A DNA stretch of 64,000 bases. Origin: an uncultured Gammaproteobacteria bacterium (GTDB lineage Bacteria > Patescibacteriota > Microgenomatia > Levybacterales > UBA12049). The stretch's first letter is position 1; each line of letters starts with the position of its first letter. Shown one piece after another: positions 11,185 through 21,464 of the stretch. The stretch is taken from contig CAZRWL010000002.1 of NCBI GenBank assembly GCA_964603935.1, forward strand, positions 9,210 to 73,209, read 5' to 3'. Position numbers and translations under genes: made by a program. Below the pieces are notes generated by a model. The model had not been told where the DNA came from. It saw only the letters and a program-made list of their open reading frames with translations, and did no database searches.

Positions 11185-11214
11185 TTGAAATTATATCAGC
11201 TATTGCCTTATAAT
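11185..11214 (+). promoter_or_regulatory. Sigma70-type promoter: TTGAAA - 18 nt - TATAAT, 23 nt upstream of the 11238 ATG. No Shine-Dalgarno sequence.
   Basis: Read directly from the sequence: -35 at 11185-11190, -10 at 11209-11214. Confidence 0.45.
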
Positions 11215-11237
11215 ACAGCAATTCCACACTACTTAAT

Positions 11238-12467
11238 ATGATGCATAAGACTATAAAAATAGATAAATGCCGCTCGTGTAAAGAGAAAAAACTTAAAAAA
11301 ATATTAAATCTTGGTAATTTTTATTTATCCAGATTCGTATCGAAAAATAGCAAATCTAAACGCTATCCGCTCTCTCTGGTTCTTTGCGTGAGATGCTTTT
11401 TACTGCAATTACAGCATACCGCACCTTCATCCTCTCTCTACACTCAAAACTATGGTTATAAATCAGGAATAAACAATACGATGTGCAAGGAATTAAAAGA
11501 AGTTACTCAGAAATCCTTGAAAATGATAGAAAAAAAATCAGAAAAAACAATATGTATTGATATAGGAGCAAATGATGGAACTCTTCTGAGTTTTTATCCT
11601 AAAAAAATATTGAAAGTTGGAGTCGAACCAATACGTAAACTTGCCGAAGAATGCAAATCGCATGCAGACATCGTTATCAATGATTTTTTTAACTATGCAG
11701 CAAATAAAAAAGTGCTCAAAAACAAAAAAGCCTCAATTATAACAGCTGTCTCCTGCTTTTATGACATCGAAGATCCAAACCTATTCGTTTCGGATATAAC
11801 AAAAATACTTGATGAAAATGGAATTTTTGTAATTCAGCAAAATTATTTAAAATCCATGCTCGAATTGAATGCATTTGACAATATTGTTCATGAACATTTG
11901 GAATATTATTCCATGACATCCTTAGCCAACTTACTTACCAGACATAATCTGGAAATATTTCATGTTGAAACCAATGGCCTAAATGGAGGAAGCTTTAGAA
12001 CATATATAGCTTTTAAAAATAAAAGAAAAATAAATAAATCTGTTATTAAGTTGTTAAATAATGAAAATAAAATTGGATTGAATAAAAAAAAAGTATTTAT
12101 AGAATTTGCTAAAAGAATCAAGAAAAATAAAAAAACTTTGAAAAAATTCATCTCAAAGCAGTTAAAAAACAATAAAAAAGTTTATATTTACGGCGCGTCA
12201 ACAAGGGGAAATACCTTAATACAGTATTACAAACTAAATAATAAACTTATAACAGCTGCCGTAGAAAGAAATCCCGAAAAATGGGGCAAGAAAATAGCTT
12301 CTTTAAATATTCCGATTATTTCCGAAAAAGAAGCAAGAATGCAAAAACCTGACTACATGTTAATTCTTCCTTGGTTTTTCAAAGATGAGTTTATTAAAAG
12401 AGAAAAAGAATATCTAAAATCGGGTGGCCGGTTCATATTTCCTCTTCCTACCCTAAAAATCATTTAG
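11238..12467 (+). CDS. Zinc-ribbon + class I SAM methyltransferase + C-methyltransferase C-terminal domain protein (NDP-hexose C-methyltransferase-like)
   Basis: N-terminal CRSC...CVRC zinc ribbon, ICIDIGANDGTLL SAM-binding motif. The architecture matches the Methyltransf_13/23/14 sugar C-methyltransferase family (TylCIII-like). Paralog of 22496-23731. Confidence 0.7.
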   Translation: MMHKTIKIDKCRSCKEKKLKKILNLGNFYLSRFVSKNSKSKRYPLSLVLCVRCFLLQLQHTAPSSSLYTQNYGYKSGINNTMCKELKEVTQKSLKMIEKKSEKTICIDIGANDGTLLSFYPKKILKVGVEPIRKLAEECKSHADIVINDFFNYAANKKVLKNKKASIITAVSCFYDIEDPNLFVSDITKILDENGIFVIQQNYLKSMLELNAFDNIVHEHLEYYSMTSLANLLTRHNLEIFHVETNGLNGGSFRTYIAFKNKRKINKSVIKLLNNENKIGLNKKKVFIEFAKRIKKNKKTLKKFISKQLKNNKKVYIYGASTRGNTLIQYYKLNNKLITAAVERNPEKWGKKIASLNIPIISEKEARMQKPDYMLILPWFFKDEFIKREKEYLKSGGRFIFPLPTLKII

Positions 12468-12470
12468 ATG

Positions 12471-13697
12471 TTATTTCTTACGTCTAAAAACTAACCAAAG
12501 ACAATAGCCTATTGCCGGAAGCTCCATGACACCGGAGATCAAAACAGAATAAGCAGCACCCAATATTCCAATATTAATAGTAAGAGGAACTATCGTAATT
12601 AACAAAACCGCAAATCTTAAAAACGTTATTCCCGCAACGTAGTTTTGCTTACTAAGAGATAAAAATAATGATGAAGTTACGCCTGAAATGCCTCTTATAA
12701 CACCGTAAATTGCCAATGGTTTCAACACGTCTGCCGTATCCTCCCATTTTTGACTGAATATTAAAATAAATAAATCTTTAGGAAAAAGAAATATTGCTAT
12801 TCCTAAAGGAATTGAAAACGCTGAAACAAACAATATTATTTTAATAAAACCTTTTTTCAGCCTCTGCATATCATCCGACATTATCGAGTAAACGGGGAAC
12901 GTTACCTTATTTGCAACATCTGTTATCTCGCTTATTGGCAGCGTTGCAATAGAATGACCCATCTGATAAATTCCCAAAGGCCCCGGACCCAAAAACTTTC
13001 CTATTGCAATATTGTCTCCTTCTGAAGCAGCATAATTAAAAATTCCAGACAGAGTCACCCATTTCCCACTATGAATAATTTTGTTAATTTTTGCCATGTT
13101 AAACTTCATGAAAGGAATAGGCTTTATCAGAATAAATGACAGAACTACTTCGAGAATAGCTCCCGATATTAATCCGAATACTAAACCTATCACGCTATTT
13201 GTAATTAAAGAAATAATTATGGCGACTAGGGAATCAAAAGCAAAAATAGACATCCTAAAATAAAATTCTTTACTGAATTTCAATTCTTTTTGAAACTTAA
13301 CTTCTGAAGGATTAATAAATCCTTTTATTACCGGAACAACACTTATTAGTAATATTATCCCCAGAGAGTGTTGGATGTTAAAAAATACGGCAATAAGCGG
13401 AGCGGTTGACATTATTAAAAGTCCAATTAAAAATCCCCTGACAATAGAAACAAGCCAGGCATCATTCACATACGAATCTACGTCGTCTTTTTCTTGTATT
13501 AAAAATACATTGATTCCCGTCTCTGTCAATATTTCCAAAAGCACTAACGCCATTGTTGCAATACCAAATACTCCAAGCTCGGATGGAGCAAGAATTCTCG
13601 CAATAATAATAATTTTTATGAATGCTATTAACCTTGAAGTAATTCTAAAAGCTGTCATCCATGAAATACCGGAAATAGCATTTTTAGAATATCCCAT
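12471..13697 (-). CDS. wzx: Polysaccharide biosynthesis flippase (Wzx, MOP superfamily)
   Basis: 408 aa, ~12 TM helices. N-terminal GISWMTAFRITSRLIAFIKIIIIARILAPSELGVFG matches the Polysacc_synt signature. Confidence 0.7.
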   Translation of the reverse strand: MGYSKNAISGISWMTAFRITSRLIAFIKIIIIARILAPSELGVFGIATMALVLLEILTETGINVFLIQEKDDVDSYVNDAWLVSIVRGFLIGLLIMSTAPLIAVFFNIQHSLGIILLISVVPVIKGFINPSEVKFQKELKFSKEFYFRMSIFAFDSLVAIIISLITNSVIGLVFGLISGAILEVVLSFILIKPIPFMKFNMAKINKIIHSGKWVTLSGIFNYAASEGDNIAIGKFLGPGPLGIYQMGHSIATLPISEITDVANKVTFPVYSIMSDDMQRLKKGFIKIILFVSAFSIPLGIAIFLFPKDLFILIFSQKWEDTADVLKPLAIYGVIRGISGVTSSLFLSLSKQNYVAGITFLRFAVLLITIVPLTINIGILGAAYSVLISGVMELPAIGYCLWLVFRRKK

Positions 13698-13700
13698 AAC

Positions 13701-15326
13701 TCAATTATATATTGTTTTATCGTCTTTTTTGAAAATAGTTATTGTCGGAACTGAAACAAGACCTGATATGAAAAAGTTTAAGTCATTTCCGATGAATGTA
13801 TATAATATTTCAGGCGGTTTAAAATTAACTACTTCTTTATATTCTTCCTGTTTCAGTCTATCAAGCAGTTTCTTTTTACTTGAGATTTTAAAATAATCAT
13901 ATTCAAGATACCTATTTGTTATAATTATTACAGAAGGTAAATTTTTACTTGATGCATGAATTACTTCATATTTAAAATTATTCGTAGCTTTTTCCTCCGA
14001 GTAAAATTCCCTAACGGCAACGTCCGGCAATAATTGGTAAATTGGTATATTTTCTATTCCGATCAAAGAACCTTTTTTTATATTTTTTTCTATCCAGACA
14101 GATGATGTTTGCCTAACGTCAGGGAGCCATTTTATAAAAACTGTAGTCATCGACTGAAAAACTTGAATAACTACAATTAACGTAATTAAAATACTCATCT
14201 GCAATCTGGGAATGTTTAAATTTTTTGTAATTTTTTTTAAAAAGGATGCCGATAATAAAGCGAAAAAAGGCAGCAAAACCAATAGTCTATTGCCACTGGC
14301 TCCAACCCTAAGAGGAATTAAGCTAAGAAGAAACATTAAAAAACAAAATAATAAGAAAAATTCATTTTTATATAATTGAGTCTTCTTCAGTAAATATTTT
14401 ATTGATAAAAATATCCAATAAATTATTCCAAACACGTAAACAGCAAAAAAACCATATCCAAAATCTATAGGGAAAATCTTAAAATACAAATACTGCCACC
14501 AACTTCCAAACTCGGTCAAAAGATTTTCAAACCCATTTGACCCTGATACCAAATTTGAGTATAGAAACTCTTTATAACTTCCTTTTCCCAAGACTAAATC
14601 CGGAGTTCCTAAAAAAATAACTGTAATAAAAAAGACTAACTGACCAAAAAAAAGATTTCTGAAATTTATTTTTTGAGAAAATACAAAAAATGAAACTATA
14701 TAGACTATCAAAATGGGAAGGGCGCTGATTTTTGTCGCAACTCCAAGCCCGCAAAAAATTCCGGCGATCAGATAATTTTTCAACGTTGGCCTTGATCCAA
14801 ATTTAAACAAATACAATAAAGACAAACTTATCCAAAACACAAGCGCTATGTCGTATTTAAAATAATTGCCTAATGACAGCCATAGAGGAGAAAACACAAA
14901 TAAAATAGCCGAAACGGATGAATTTACCCTGAGATAATCTCTGGCAATCTTTGCGATAACAATTATCGAAAATGCACCAAAAAGAAAAGTATTGATCCTC
15001 AATATTTCAAATAGACTTTGCTGAACATTAAGAAATTCCGTTGAAGATTTAATTATGAAAGGATTAATTATGTGAAGCGCAAAAAAGGGAATAAGATATA
15101 ATCCGGATAAGATAAAATGAAACATAGTTCCATGAGCCGAACCGGGAACATTTGCTGAAAAATTTTCAAATGTTGCTCTTATTGCCTGAAGCTGGTGCCA
15201 CTCGTCCATTTGATAATTAAACGGATGAGATAGGTTGGGTATTCCCCAATCTATTATACTAATCATTAAGACTACGTAGCACAATGTAATGAAAATTGTA
15301 AATTTATTTCCGCGAATAAATTCCAT
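13701..15326 (-). CDS. Polytopic membrane protein, putative GT-C glycosyltransferase
   Basis: 541 aa, more than 12 TM helices, first loop HPFNYQMDEWHQLQAIRATFENF (DE-containing periplasmic loop). Confidence 0.6.
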   Translation of the reverse strand: MEFIRGNKFTIFITLCYVVLMISIIDWGIPNLSHPFNYQMDEWHQLQAIRATFENFSANVPGSAHGTMFHFILSGLYLIPFFALHIINPFIIKSSTEFLNVQQSLFEILRINTFLFGAFSIIVIAKIARDYLRVNSSVSAILFVFSPLWLSLGNYFKYDIALVFWISLSLLYLFKFGSRPTLKNYLIAGIFCGLGVATKISALPILIVYIVSFFVFSQKINFRNLFFGQLVFFITVIFLGTPDLVLGKGSYKEFLYSNLVSGSNGFENLLTEFGSWWQYLYFKIFPIDFGYGFFAVYVFGIIYWIFLSIKYLLKKTQLYKNEFFLLFCFLMFLLSLIPLRVGASGNRLLVLLPFFALLSASFLKKITKNLNIPRLQMSILITLIVVIQVFQSMTTVFIKWLPDVRQTSSVWIEKNIKKGSLIGIENIPIYQLLPDVAVREFYSEEKATNNFKYEVIHASSKNLPSVIIITNRYLEYDYFKISSKKKLLDRLKQEEYKEVVNFKPPEILYTFIGNDLNFFISGLVSVPTITIFKKDDKTIYN

Positions 15327-15332
15327 ACGTTT

Positions 15333-17003
15333 CTAATTAGAATAAATATAGAAATTTCGAGTAATTTTTTTTAATTTATAGTTCGTTAAGATGTGTCTTC
15401 TTAGAACATTTAATTTTTTGTCTTCAAAGTCTGCTTCTTTTTCTATCTCTCCTTTTCTCTGCAATAAAACTACCAAATTTTTGGTGTCATTCATATCCCG
15501 AATTACTCTTGCCTGATCTTCCAATCTGAACTTATAAAAGAAATTAAAGTATGATGCATTATTTTTTTCCGTCAAAAAGTTAAACAGCGGACAGTATGGA
15601 AAACAAAGCAACTTGGTATTTGCTGAAGTTGTCTTGGTATAGCTTACAATAGATTCTAAATCTTTCTTTTGACTTGTCGGAATTCTAATATACTTAGCTT
15701 CTTTTACGTCAAGGTTGTCATACGCTTCTCTCCTAAATCCTATTCCATACAGCTTACCGTAGGTCTGAATAAGGTAAAAAATTGATGGAAGAATAAATAA
15801 AGCTAAAGCAGTGACATTAATAAAAGATAGTCGATATTTTTTAAATATCGGGATAAAACTAATAATAAGAGGTATATATAATGGGGATACAACGATAACA
15901 GTCGTATAATCTCTGCCAGAAAAAGAGCTAGCTAAAAAAATGCTAAGTGCTGAAATAGAAGTAACTGTTATGTTTTTCTTATTCTCATCCTTAGACTTGA
16001 AGAAAAGAGCTAGCGAAACTATTGGCGCTATGAAAAAAAATATAAAGTAATAAATTGATATGTCTTTGTAGAAAAAAAACACATAATTAATCCTGCTGGG
16101 GGCAATAAGAATGTATAGTCCAAAAAAAGCAAAAAAGAACAACAATACATATGCCATTTTTTTTAAAGAGAATTTTTTCATATAGTTAACAGTGAATAAA
16201 ACGAATGGAATAAACAGCAATGACGTTAATATGAACGGCATTCTGTCATTTTTTACAGATGAAGCAAAGGAAAATAAATTATACCTTAACTCGTACAAAG
16301 AATTATTTAGGTAAAAGTATAGTAAAAAAATACTTAACAATAGTAAATTTCCCAACAAGAAATAAAATAAATTTTTAACCAAATATTTACGCTTTGTAAA
16401 GAAAAAAATTAAAACAAGAAATGTAAAGAAAAATATTCCTCCATAACTCTGTTTAAAAACAACAATAATAAAACTTACAAGTCCGGTTAAAAAGGAATAA
16501 GGCTTTAAACTGCTATCTTCTTTAATTTTATTAAAAAGTAAAAATCCCGCCAAAATCAGTAGCAAAGCTTCTACGTTGTATGAAGCAAATCTTCTTTCTC
16601 CGGCATAAATAATTCCTAAAGATAATAAAAAAACATAATTAAAATAGGTAGAAAACCTGAATAGCTTAGAGCTTAATATCAAAAGTAAGATTACACAAAA
16701 GACATAAAGAATTCTGTCTACAATCATATAACTGCCAAATAGCTTCATTATTAAAGCCTGGAAATAAAATGCTCCGGGAGTAATTGCTAAAGAAAAATCT
16801 TTATAAGGAATTTCTCCTCTGCTTATTTTTCCGGCAATATCTAGAAGAAATCCCTCGTCTCTATAATTTATGTTAAGATTGAAAATTTGCAACTGCAGCA
16901 ACAAAAAAAATATGATTCCAACGGAAATCGGTGAAAGAAAAAAAATCCTGAGTCTTAAGGATTTTAAAAAATTCATGCTATAAGATTCCTTTAATTGTTC
17001 CAA
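15333..17003 (-). CDS. Polytopic membrane protein, putative GT-C glycosyltransferase
   Basis: 556 aa. The N-terminal ~400 aa are multi-TM with an RDEGFLLDIAG loop. A C-terminal soluble domain follows. Confidence 0.6.
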   Translation of the reverse strand: MEQLKESYSMNFLKSLRLRIFFLSPISVGIIFFLLLQLQIFNLNINYRDEGFLLDIAGKISRGEIPYKDFSLAITPGAFYFQALIMKLFGSYMIVDRILYVFCVILLLILSSKLFRFSTYFNYVFLLSLGIIYAGERRFASYNVEALLLILAGFLLFNKIKEDSSLKPYSFLTGLVSFIIVVFKQSYGGIFFFTFLVLIFFFTKRKYLVKNLFYFLLGNLLLLSIFLLYFYLNNSLYELRYNLFSFASSVKNDRMPFILTSLLFIPFVLFTVNYMKKFSLKKMAYVLLFFFAFFGLYILIAPSRINYVFFFYKDISIYYFIFFFIAPIVSLALFFKSKDENKKNITVTSISALSIFLASSFSGRDYTTVIVVSPLYIPLIISFIPIFKKYRLSFINVTALALFILPSIFYLIQTYGKLYGIGFRREAYDNLDVKEAKYIRIPTSQKKDLESIVSYTKTTSANTKLLCFPYCPLFNFLTEKNNASYFNFFYKFRLEDQARVIRDMNDTKNLVVLLQRKGEIEKEADFEDKKLNVLRRHILTNYKLKKITRNFYIYSN

Positions 17004-17904
17004 CCATCACCGCTATATCACTTGTAATCTGGATTAGTGGCAAAAATAAAAAAGCTCTCCAATCATTCACGTATTTAAAGTTTTTAGCTATAGACCATAA
17101 AATGTAAATAGTAACCATAAAATATAGAATATTAAGTAATATATAAGATTTTAATATTAAAAAAAATAAAGTTAAAGTAACAAATAAAAAATATCGCAAA
17201 AATATAAATTTCACTTTAGGTCTCAAAATTCGGGATTCAGCATCTCCTTTTGCAAAACGGTAAAACATTGTAAAAGCGTCTTTAATATTAGTTCTTGGCA
17301 GCCAATAAACAATTGCATTTTTTACAAATACAATGCTGGCATTTATTTTTTTTAGCCGTTTTGCAAAAACGTAATCTTCATTATGAGAATATCTCTCGTT
17401 AAATCTTCCAGCGTTTTCCCAAACAAATTTTCTAAAAGCCATAGACCTTGTTGCGGGAAGAAAATTATCAGCGTTGATTTTGTCCGGCATCACCAAAACA
17501 TAAGGAATTAAACATTTTTCAAAAGTTGTTTTAGACAAACCTCTATAATATCCTGCTACAACATCCGTATTTTGTTTTTTAAAAGGCTCTGTTATATTTT
17601 TTATCCAGTCTTTATCCAAAATACATCCTGCATCCGAACAAACAATAATCTCATTGCTTGCGTTTTTAATTGCCTCATTCCTGCCAACAGCCCTATTTCC
17701 TTTTTTAATAAGAAGTTTGAACCTTACTCCGGTTTTCTTAATTCTTGATTTGTAATTCTTAATTACCTCAACCGTCGCATCGGTTGAGCCTCCATCAGCA
17801 ATAACAATTTCGTCCGGCATCCTGGATTGACTAAGCAGTGATTTCACAAAACGCCCTATGGTTGATTCCTCATTGAAAACAGTGGCTACAAAGGAAATTT
17901 CCAT
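16978..17904 (-). CDS. Family 2 glycosyltransferase with C-terminal TM helices
   Basis: ISFVATVFNEESTIGRFVKSLLSQ...IVIADGGSTDATVEV. GT2 DxD region CSDAGC. Confidence 0.8.
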   Translation of the reverse strand: MEISFVATVFNEESTIGRFVKSLLSQSRMPDEIVIADGGSTDATVEVIKNYKSRIKKTGVRFKLLIKKGNRAVGRNEAIKNASNEIIVCSDAGCILDKDWIKNITEPFKKQNTDVVAGYYRGLSKTTFEKCLIPYVLVMPDKINADNFLPATRSMAFRKFVWENAGRFNERYSHNEDYVFAKRLKKINASIVFVKNAIVYWLPRTNIKDAFTMFYRFAKGDAESRILRPKVKFIFLRYFLFVTLTLFFLILKSYILLNILYFMVTIYILWSIAKNFKYVNDWRAFLFLPLIQITSDIAVMVGTIKGIL

Positions 17905-17978
17905 AACTATTCCTTGATATTATAACAGCCTTAATCTTATTTTGTTTTAGCTCAATAAGTGATAAAATGCAATGAATA

Positions 17979-18878
17979 ATGAAACAGTTGGATTTATCAA
18001 TTGTCATATGTAACTACAACACGAGAAACATTTTAAAAAATACACTTTCCTCTATATATGAATACTCAAAGACCATTACTTTTGAAATAATTATAGTCGA
18101 TGACAGATCAACAGACGGGTCATCAGAAATGGTTAGAAACTATTTTCCCAAAGTTAGAGTTTGGAAAAATGCTAAAAATTTCGGCTATAGCAAGAGTTGC
18201 AACATAGGAACCAAGCTTGCCAAAGGCAAATACATTCTCCAATTAAATTCAGACGTAAATTTTACCAAAAATACCAACATAAAATTAGCTATAGAATTTA
18301 TGAACAATAATCCAAATGCAGGTATTTGCGGCTGCAAAATATTAAGGCGCGATGGCTCATTGGATTTGGCTTGTAGGCATGCTCTGCCAACCATAAAAAA
18401 TTCTTTATTTCAACCTTTTAGTTTGTATAAATTACTTCCTAAAGTTAGATCGACAAACTACTACATGACATATCTTCCTGATGACCGAATTGCAAAAGTA
18501 GGAGGTTTAGGTGCGTTCATGATTGTAAGAAAAGATTTAATAAGAGACATAGGATATTTAGACGAAAAATTCTTTATTTATTGCGAAGATACTGATTATT
18601 GCTATAGAGCGATAAAAGCAGGATGGGATATATATTACTTTCCAAAAGTTGAAGTTGTACACATGCACGGAGGAACAACCAAGCAACTCAAAACAAAAGC
18701 TTTGTTGTTCTTCCATAAAGGAGTTTTCTTGTTCTATAGAAAACATTTCGCAAGCAAAAATTTTTTCTTATTAAATTTCATAGTTTACGCGGGAATCTCA
18801 ATAAGATTAATTATATTTTTAACAGTAGAGCTGATAATGCATTTCAAGCAAAAAATTAGAAAAACTACAAATGACTGA
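17979..18878 (+). CDS. Family 2 glycosyltransferase
   Basis: LSIVICNYNTRNILKNTLSSI...IIIVDDRSTDGS...GYSKSCNIG...YCEDTDYCYRA. Confidence 0.85.
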   Translation: MKQLDLSIVICNYNTRNILKNTLSSIYEYSKTITFEIIIVDDRSTDGSSEMVRNYFPKVRVWKNAKNFGYSKSCNIGTKLAKGKYILQLNSDVNFTKNTNIKLAIEFMNNNPNAGICGCKILRRDGSLDLACRHALPTIKNSLFQPFSLYKLLPKVRSTNYYMTYLPDDRIAKVGGLGAFMIVRKDLIRDIGYLDEKFFIYCEDTDYCYRAIKAGWDIYYFPKVEVVHMHGGTTKQLKTKALLFFHKGVFLFYRKHFASKNFFLLNFIVYAGISIRLIIFLTVELIMHFKQKIRKTTND

Positions 18879-20622
18879 TCCATACAAAATGATATTTATT
18901 AATCTCATTGCCTCATTAGTATTGCTGTTATCATTATTTTCCTACAGATTCATATATCCCAAGAAAAATATAAATTTGCTATTACTTCTTGTATTAATTA
19001 GTCTAATTCCCCTAATAAGCGTATTGAGAAAAGGAACTTACGAGAGCGGGGACTTAACCATACACACTCAATTCCTGATGTCTTTTTATGAATCCCTTAG
19101 AGACGGTAATTTTATACCCCGCTGGAGCAGTCAAATAATTTATGGCTATGGTTACCCCCTCTTTATCTTCGCGTATCCTCTGCCCTATTATCTAGGATCA
19201 TTTTTTCATTTTTTAGGCTTTAATTTTGTTGATAGTTTAAAAATTGTTTTGGCTTCATCCTTTATATTATCAGGCATAACAATGTACCTATTCATAAAAG
19301 AAGAGTTAAAAAATAAACTCTCAGCATTTGTTGCAGCGTTAACCTATATTTTCGCGCCTTACCACCTCATTGATTTACATTTTAGAGCAGCAATTGGAGA
19401 AGTAATAGCTTTTTCTATTCTTCCTCTTTGTTTTTTTACAATAAAGAAGATTTCAAATCACTTATCCCTAAAATGGTTTTCATTATCCGCAACAAGCTTC
19501 GCACTTCTTATCCTCTCTCATCAAGCTATTTCATTAACGCTTTTACCTTTTATTGTTATTTATTGCATTTATTTATGGGCTATTAAAAACAGGAAAAAAT
19601 TTAAAGATATTTTTTATCCAATTTTTTCTATTGTTTTTGGAATTCTTTTATCCTCTTTTTATTGGCTGCCTGTAATACTAGAGTCGAAATACATTAATTT
19701 ATTAACTAACGGAACAATATCATTTATTAAGCTCAATGAAATTGTTTATTCTCCATGGAAAGCGGGGCTTTTATTTCAAGGACCACACGGAGAATTATCT
19801 TTCATGCTTGGTTATGCCCAGTGGATTATTATAGTTTTTTCTGTAATTTTATTGCTTAAAAATAAAATTAATCCTGACAAAAGAACATTGTACTTAATTT
19901 CTCTAATTTCTTTTTCCATCCTGCTTGCTATGACTCAGTCTTTTTCCAAACCAATATGGATGAGCATTCCCCTTCTTAGGGGGTTTCAATATTCATTCAG
20001 AATGCTCCTGTTAACTTCTTTTTTTGTTTCGATAATTGCAGGCATAACAGTAAAAAATATTTCCAATAGGTTATTTCTTATTGCATTATGCTTCTTAATA
20101 ATATTTTCAACTGTTCTCAATTGGGGGAACAGAAAAACTCTTCCCCAGTTAGACGAGGTCGCTATTCAACTCAACTTTCCAAATTCAATAACAAAATTAG
20201 GCGAAGGCACAACCATTTGGGTCGACTCTAATAAATTTTCTTCAAATCAAAGAACTGTTCCTCATATAATTACTCTTCAAGGTAAAGCCGAAATTATTGA
20301 AAAACAGAGAAGTTCCGTAAGACACGAATATTTAATTAAAGTTTTTTCTCGAAACACTCAATTCAAAGAAAATACTTTATATTTTCCGGGCTGGAATGTA
20401 AAAGTTGACAATCAATATTACCCTATTAATTTTACTTCCAAATTATCACCGGGAATAATAAATTTTACTCTGAATGAAGGAGTATACAAGGTAGAAATAA
20501 TTTTTGTGAATACGCAAGTCAGATTTTTTTCGAATCTATTGAGCAGTTTCTCGTTCTTCACCTTAGCGCTACTATCCTTAATCTTTCTGTTTAGGAAAAG
20601 GCGTAAAAATATTCTGGTATAA
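18871..20622 (+). CDS. Polytopic membrane protein, putative GT-C glycosyltransferase with C-terminal extracytoplasmic domain
   Basis: 583 aa, ~13 TM helices, first loop GTYESGDLTIHTQFLMSFYESLRDGNFIPRW, C-terminal TM anchor. Confidence 0.6.
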   Translation: MTDPYKMIFINLIASLVLLLSLFSYRFIYPKKNINLLLLLVLISLIPLISVLRKGTYESGDLTIHTQFLMSFYESLRDGNFIPRWSSQIIYGYGYPLFIFAYPLPYYLGSFFHFLGFNFVDSLKIVLASSFILSGITMYLFIKEELKNKLSAFVAALTYIFAPYHLIDLHFRAAIGEVIAFSILPLCFFTIKKISNHLSLKWFSLSATSFALLILSHQAISLTLLPFIVIYCIYLWAIKNRKKFKDIFYPIFSIVFGILLSSFYWLPVILESKYINLLTNGTISFIKLNEIVYSPWKAGLLFQGPHGELSFMLGYAQWIIIVFSVILLLKNKINPDKRTLYLISLISFSILLAMTQSFSKPIWMSIPLLRGFQYSFRMLLLTSFFVSIIAGITVKNISNRLFLIALCFLIIFSTVLNWGNRKTLPQLDEVAIQLNFPNSITKLGEGTTIWVDSNKFSSNQRTVPHIITLQGKAEIIEKQRSSVRHEYLIKVFSRNTQFKENTLYFPGWNVKVDNQYYPINFTSKLSPGIINFTLNEGVYKVEIIFVNTQVRFFSNLLSSFSFFTLALLSLIFLFRKRRKNILV

Positions 20623-20633
20623 TCCAATCATCT

Positions 20634-21464
20634 ATGGCAAGAGTAAACCCTAAAATTTATGATAAAGAATACTACCTAAACATATGTCTTGGATCTGCTG
20701 AATTTAAAAAAAATAAGGGTAAATATATACATCCAACTTGGGAAAATTATTTAAAAGACCTGCCAATAAATAAAGATTCTAAAATACTTGATGTTGGATG
20801 CGGCAGAGGGGATATCGCAATTCATCTAGCCAAAAAAGCAAAGCTTGTTATCGGAATCGACTACTCTAAAGATGGGATATCCATAGCAAATAAAATAAGA
20901 GAAGGACTTGATAAATCCATACAAAAGAAAACTAAATTCAAGATAATGGACATAAAAAAAATATATTTCCCCAATAATTACTTTGATACTGTAATTTGCA
21001 TAGATGTTCTTGAACATTTATATAAAACAGAAGCTGAAAAAGCCATGCAAGAAATTTCAAGGGTGCTCAAGAAAAATGGAACCCTTTTTGTTCATACAGG
21101 GCCAAATAAAATTTTATATGACATAGTTTATAAATGGTATGTTCTGCCACTAAACAGACTTCTTACAAAACTTGATCAAATATTTAAAAGAAGAAAATAT
21201 AACCCCCTTCCAAGCGATCCCCGAATTCCAATTGAAAAGATACAGCATGTCAACGAACCAACATACTTCTATCTTAAAAAACTGTTTAAAAAACATAACT
21301 TTGAAGGAAAACTACAAGTTAAGATAGGATATTTAAAGCCTGTAAGAAGCCTGAGAACTCATATTTACAATGCAATAATCGCCATGTACCCATTGTCTAA
21401 AATCTACCCTCTAAATACTCTTTTTGGATGGGCTTTTATTGCTGAACTAAAAAAATCCAAATGA
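20634..21464 (+). CDS. Class I SAM-dependent methyltransferase
   Basis: ILDVGCGRGDIAIHLAKKAKLVIGIDYS ... DTVICIDVLEHL (motifs I and post-I). Confidence 0.8.
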   Translation: MARVNPKIYDKEYYLNICLGSAEFKKNKGKYIHPTWENYLKDLPINKDSKILDVGCGRGDIAIHLAKKAKLVIGIDYSKDGISIANKIREGLDKSIQKKTKFKIMDIKKIYFPNNYFDTVICIDVLEHLYKTEAEKAMQEISRVLKKNGTLFVHTGPNKILYDIVYKWYVLPLNRLLTKLDQIFKRRKYNPLPSDPRIPIEKIQHVNEPTYFYLKKLFKKHNFEGKLQVKIGYLKPVRSLRTHIYNAIIAMYPLSKIYPLNTLFGWAFIAELKKSK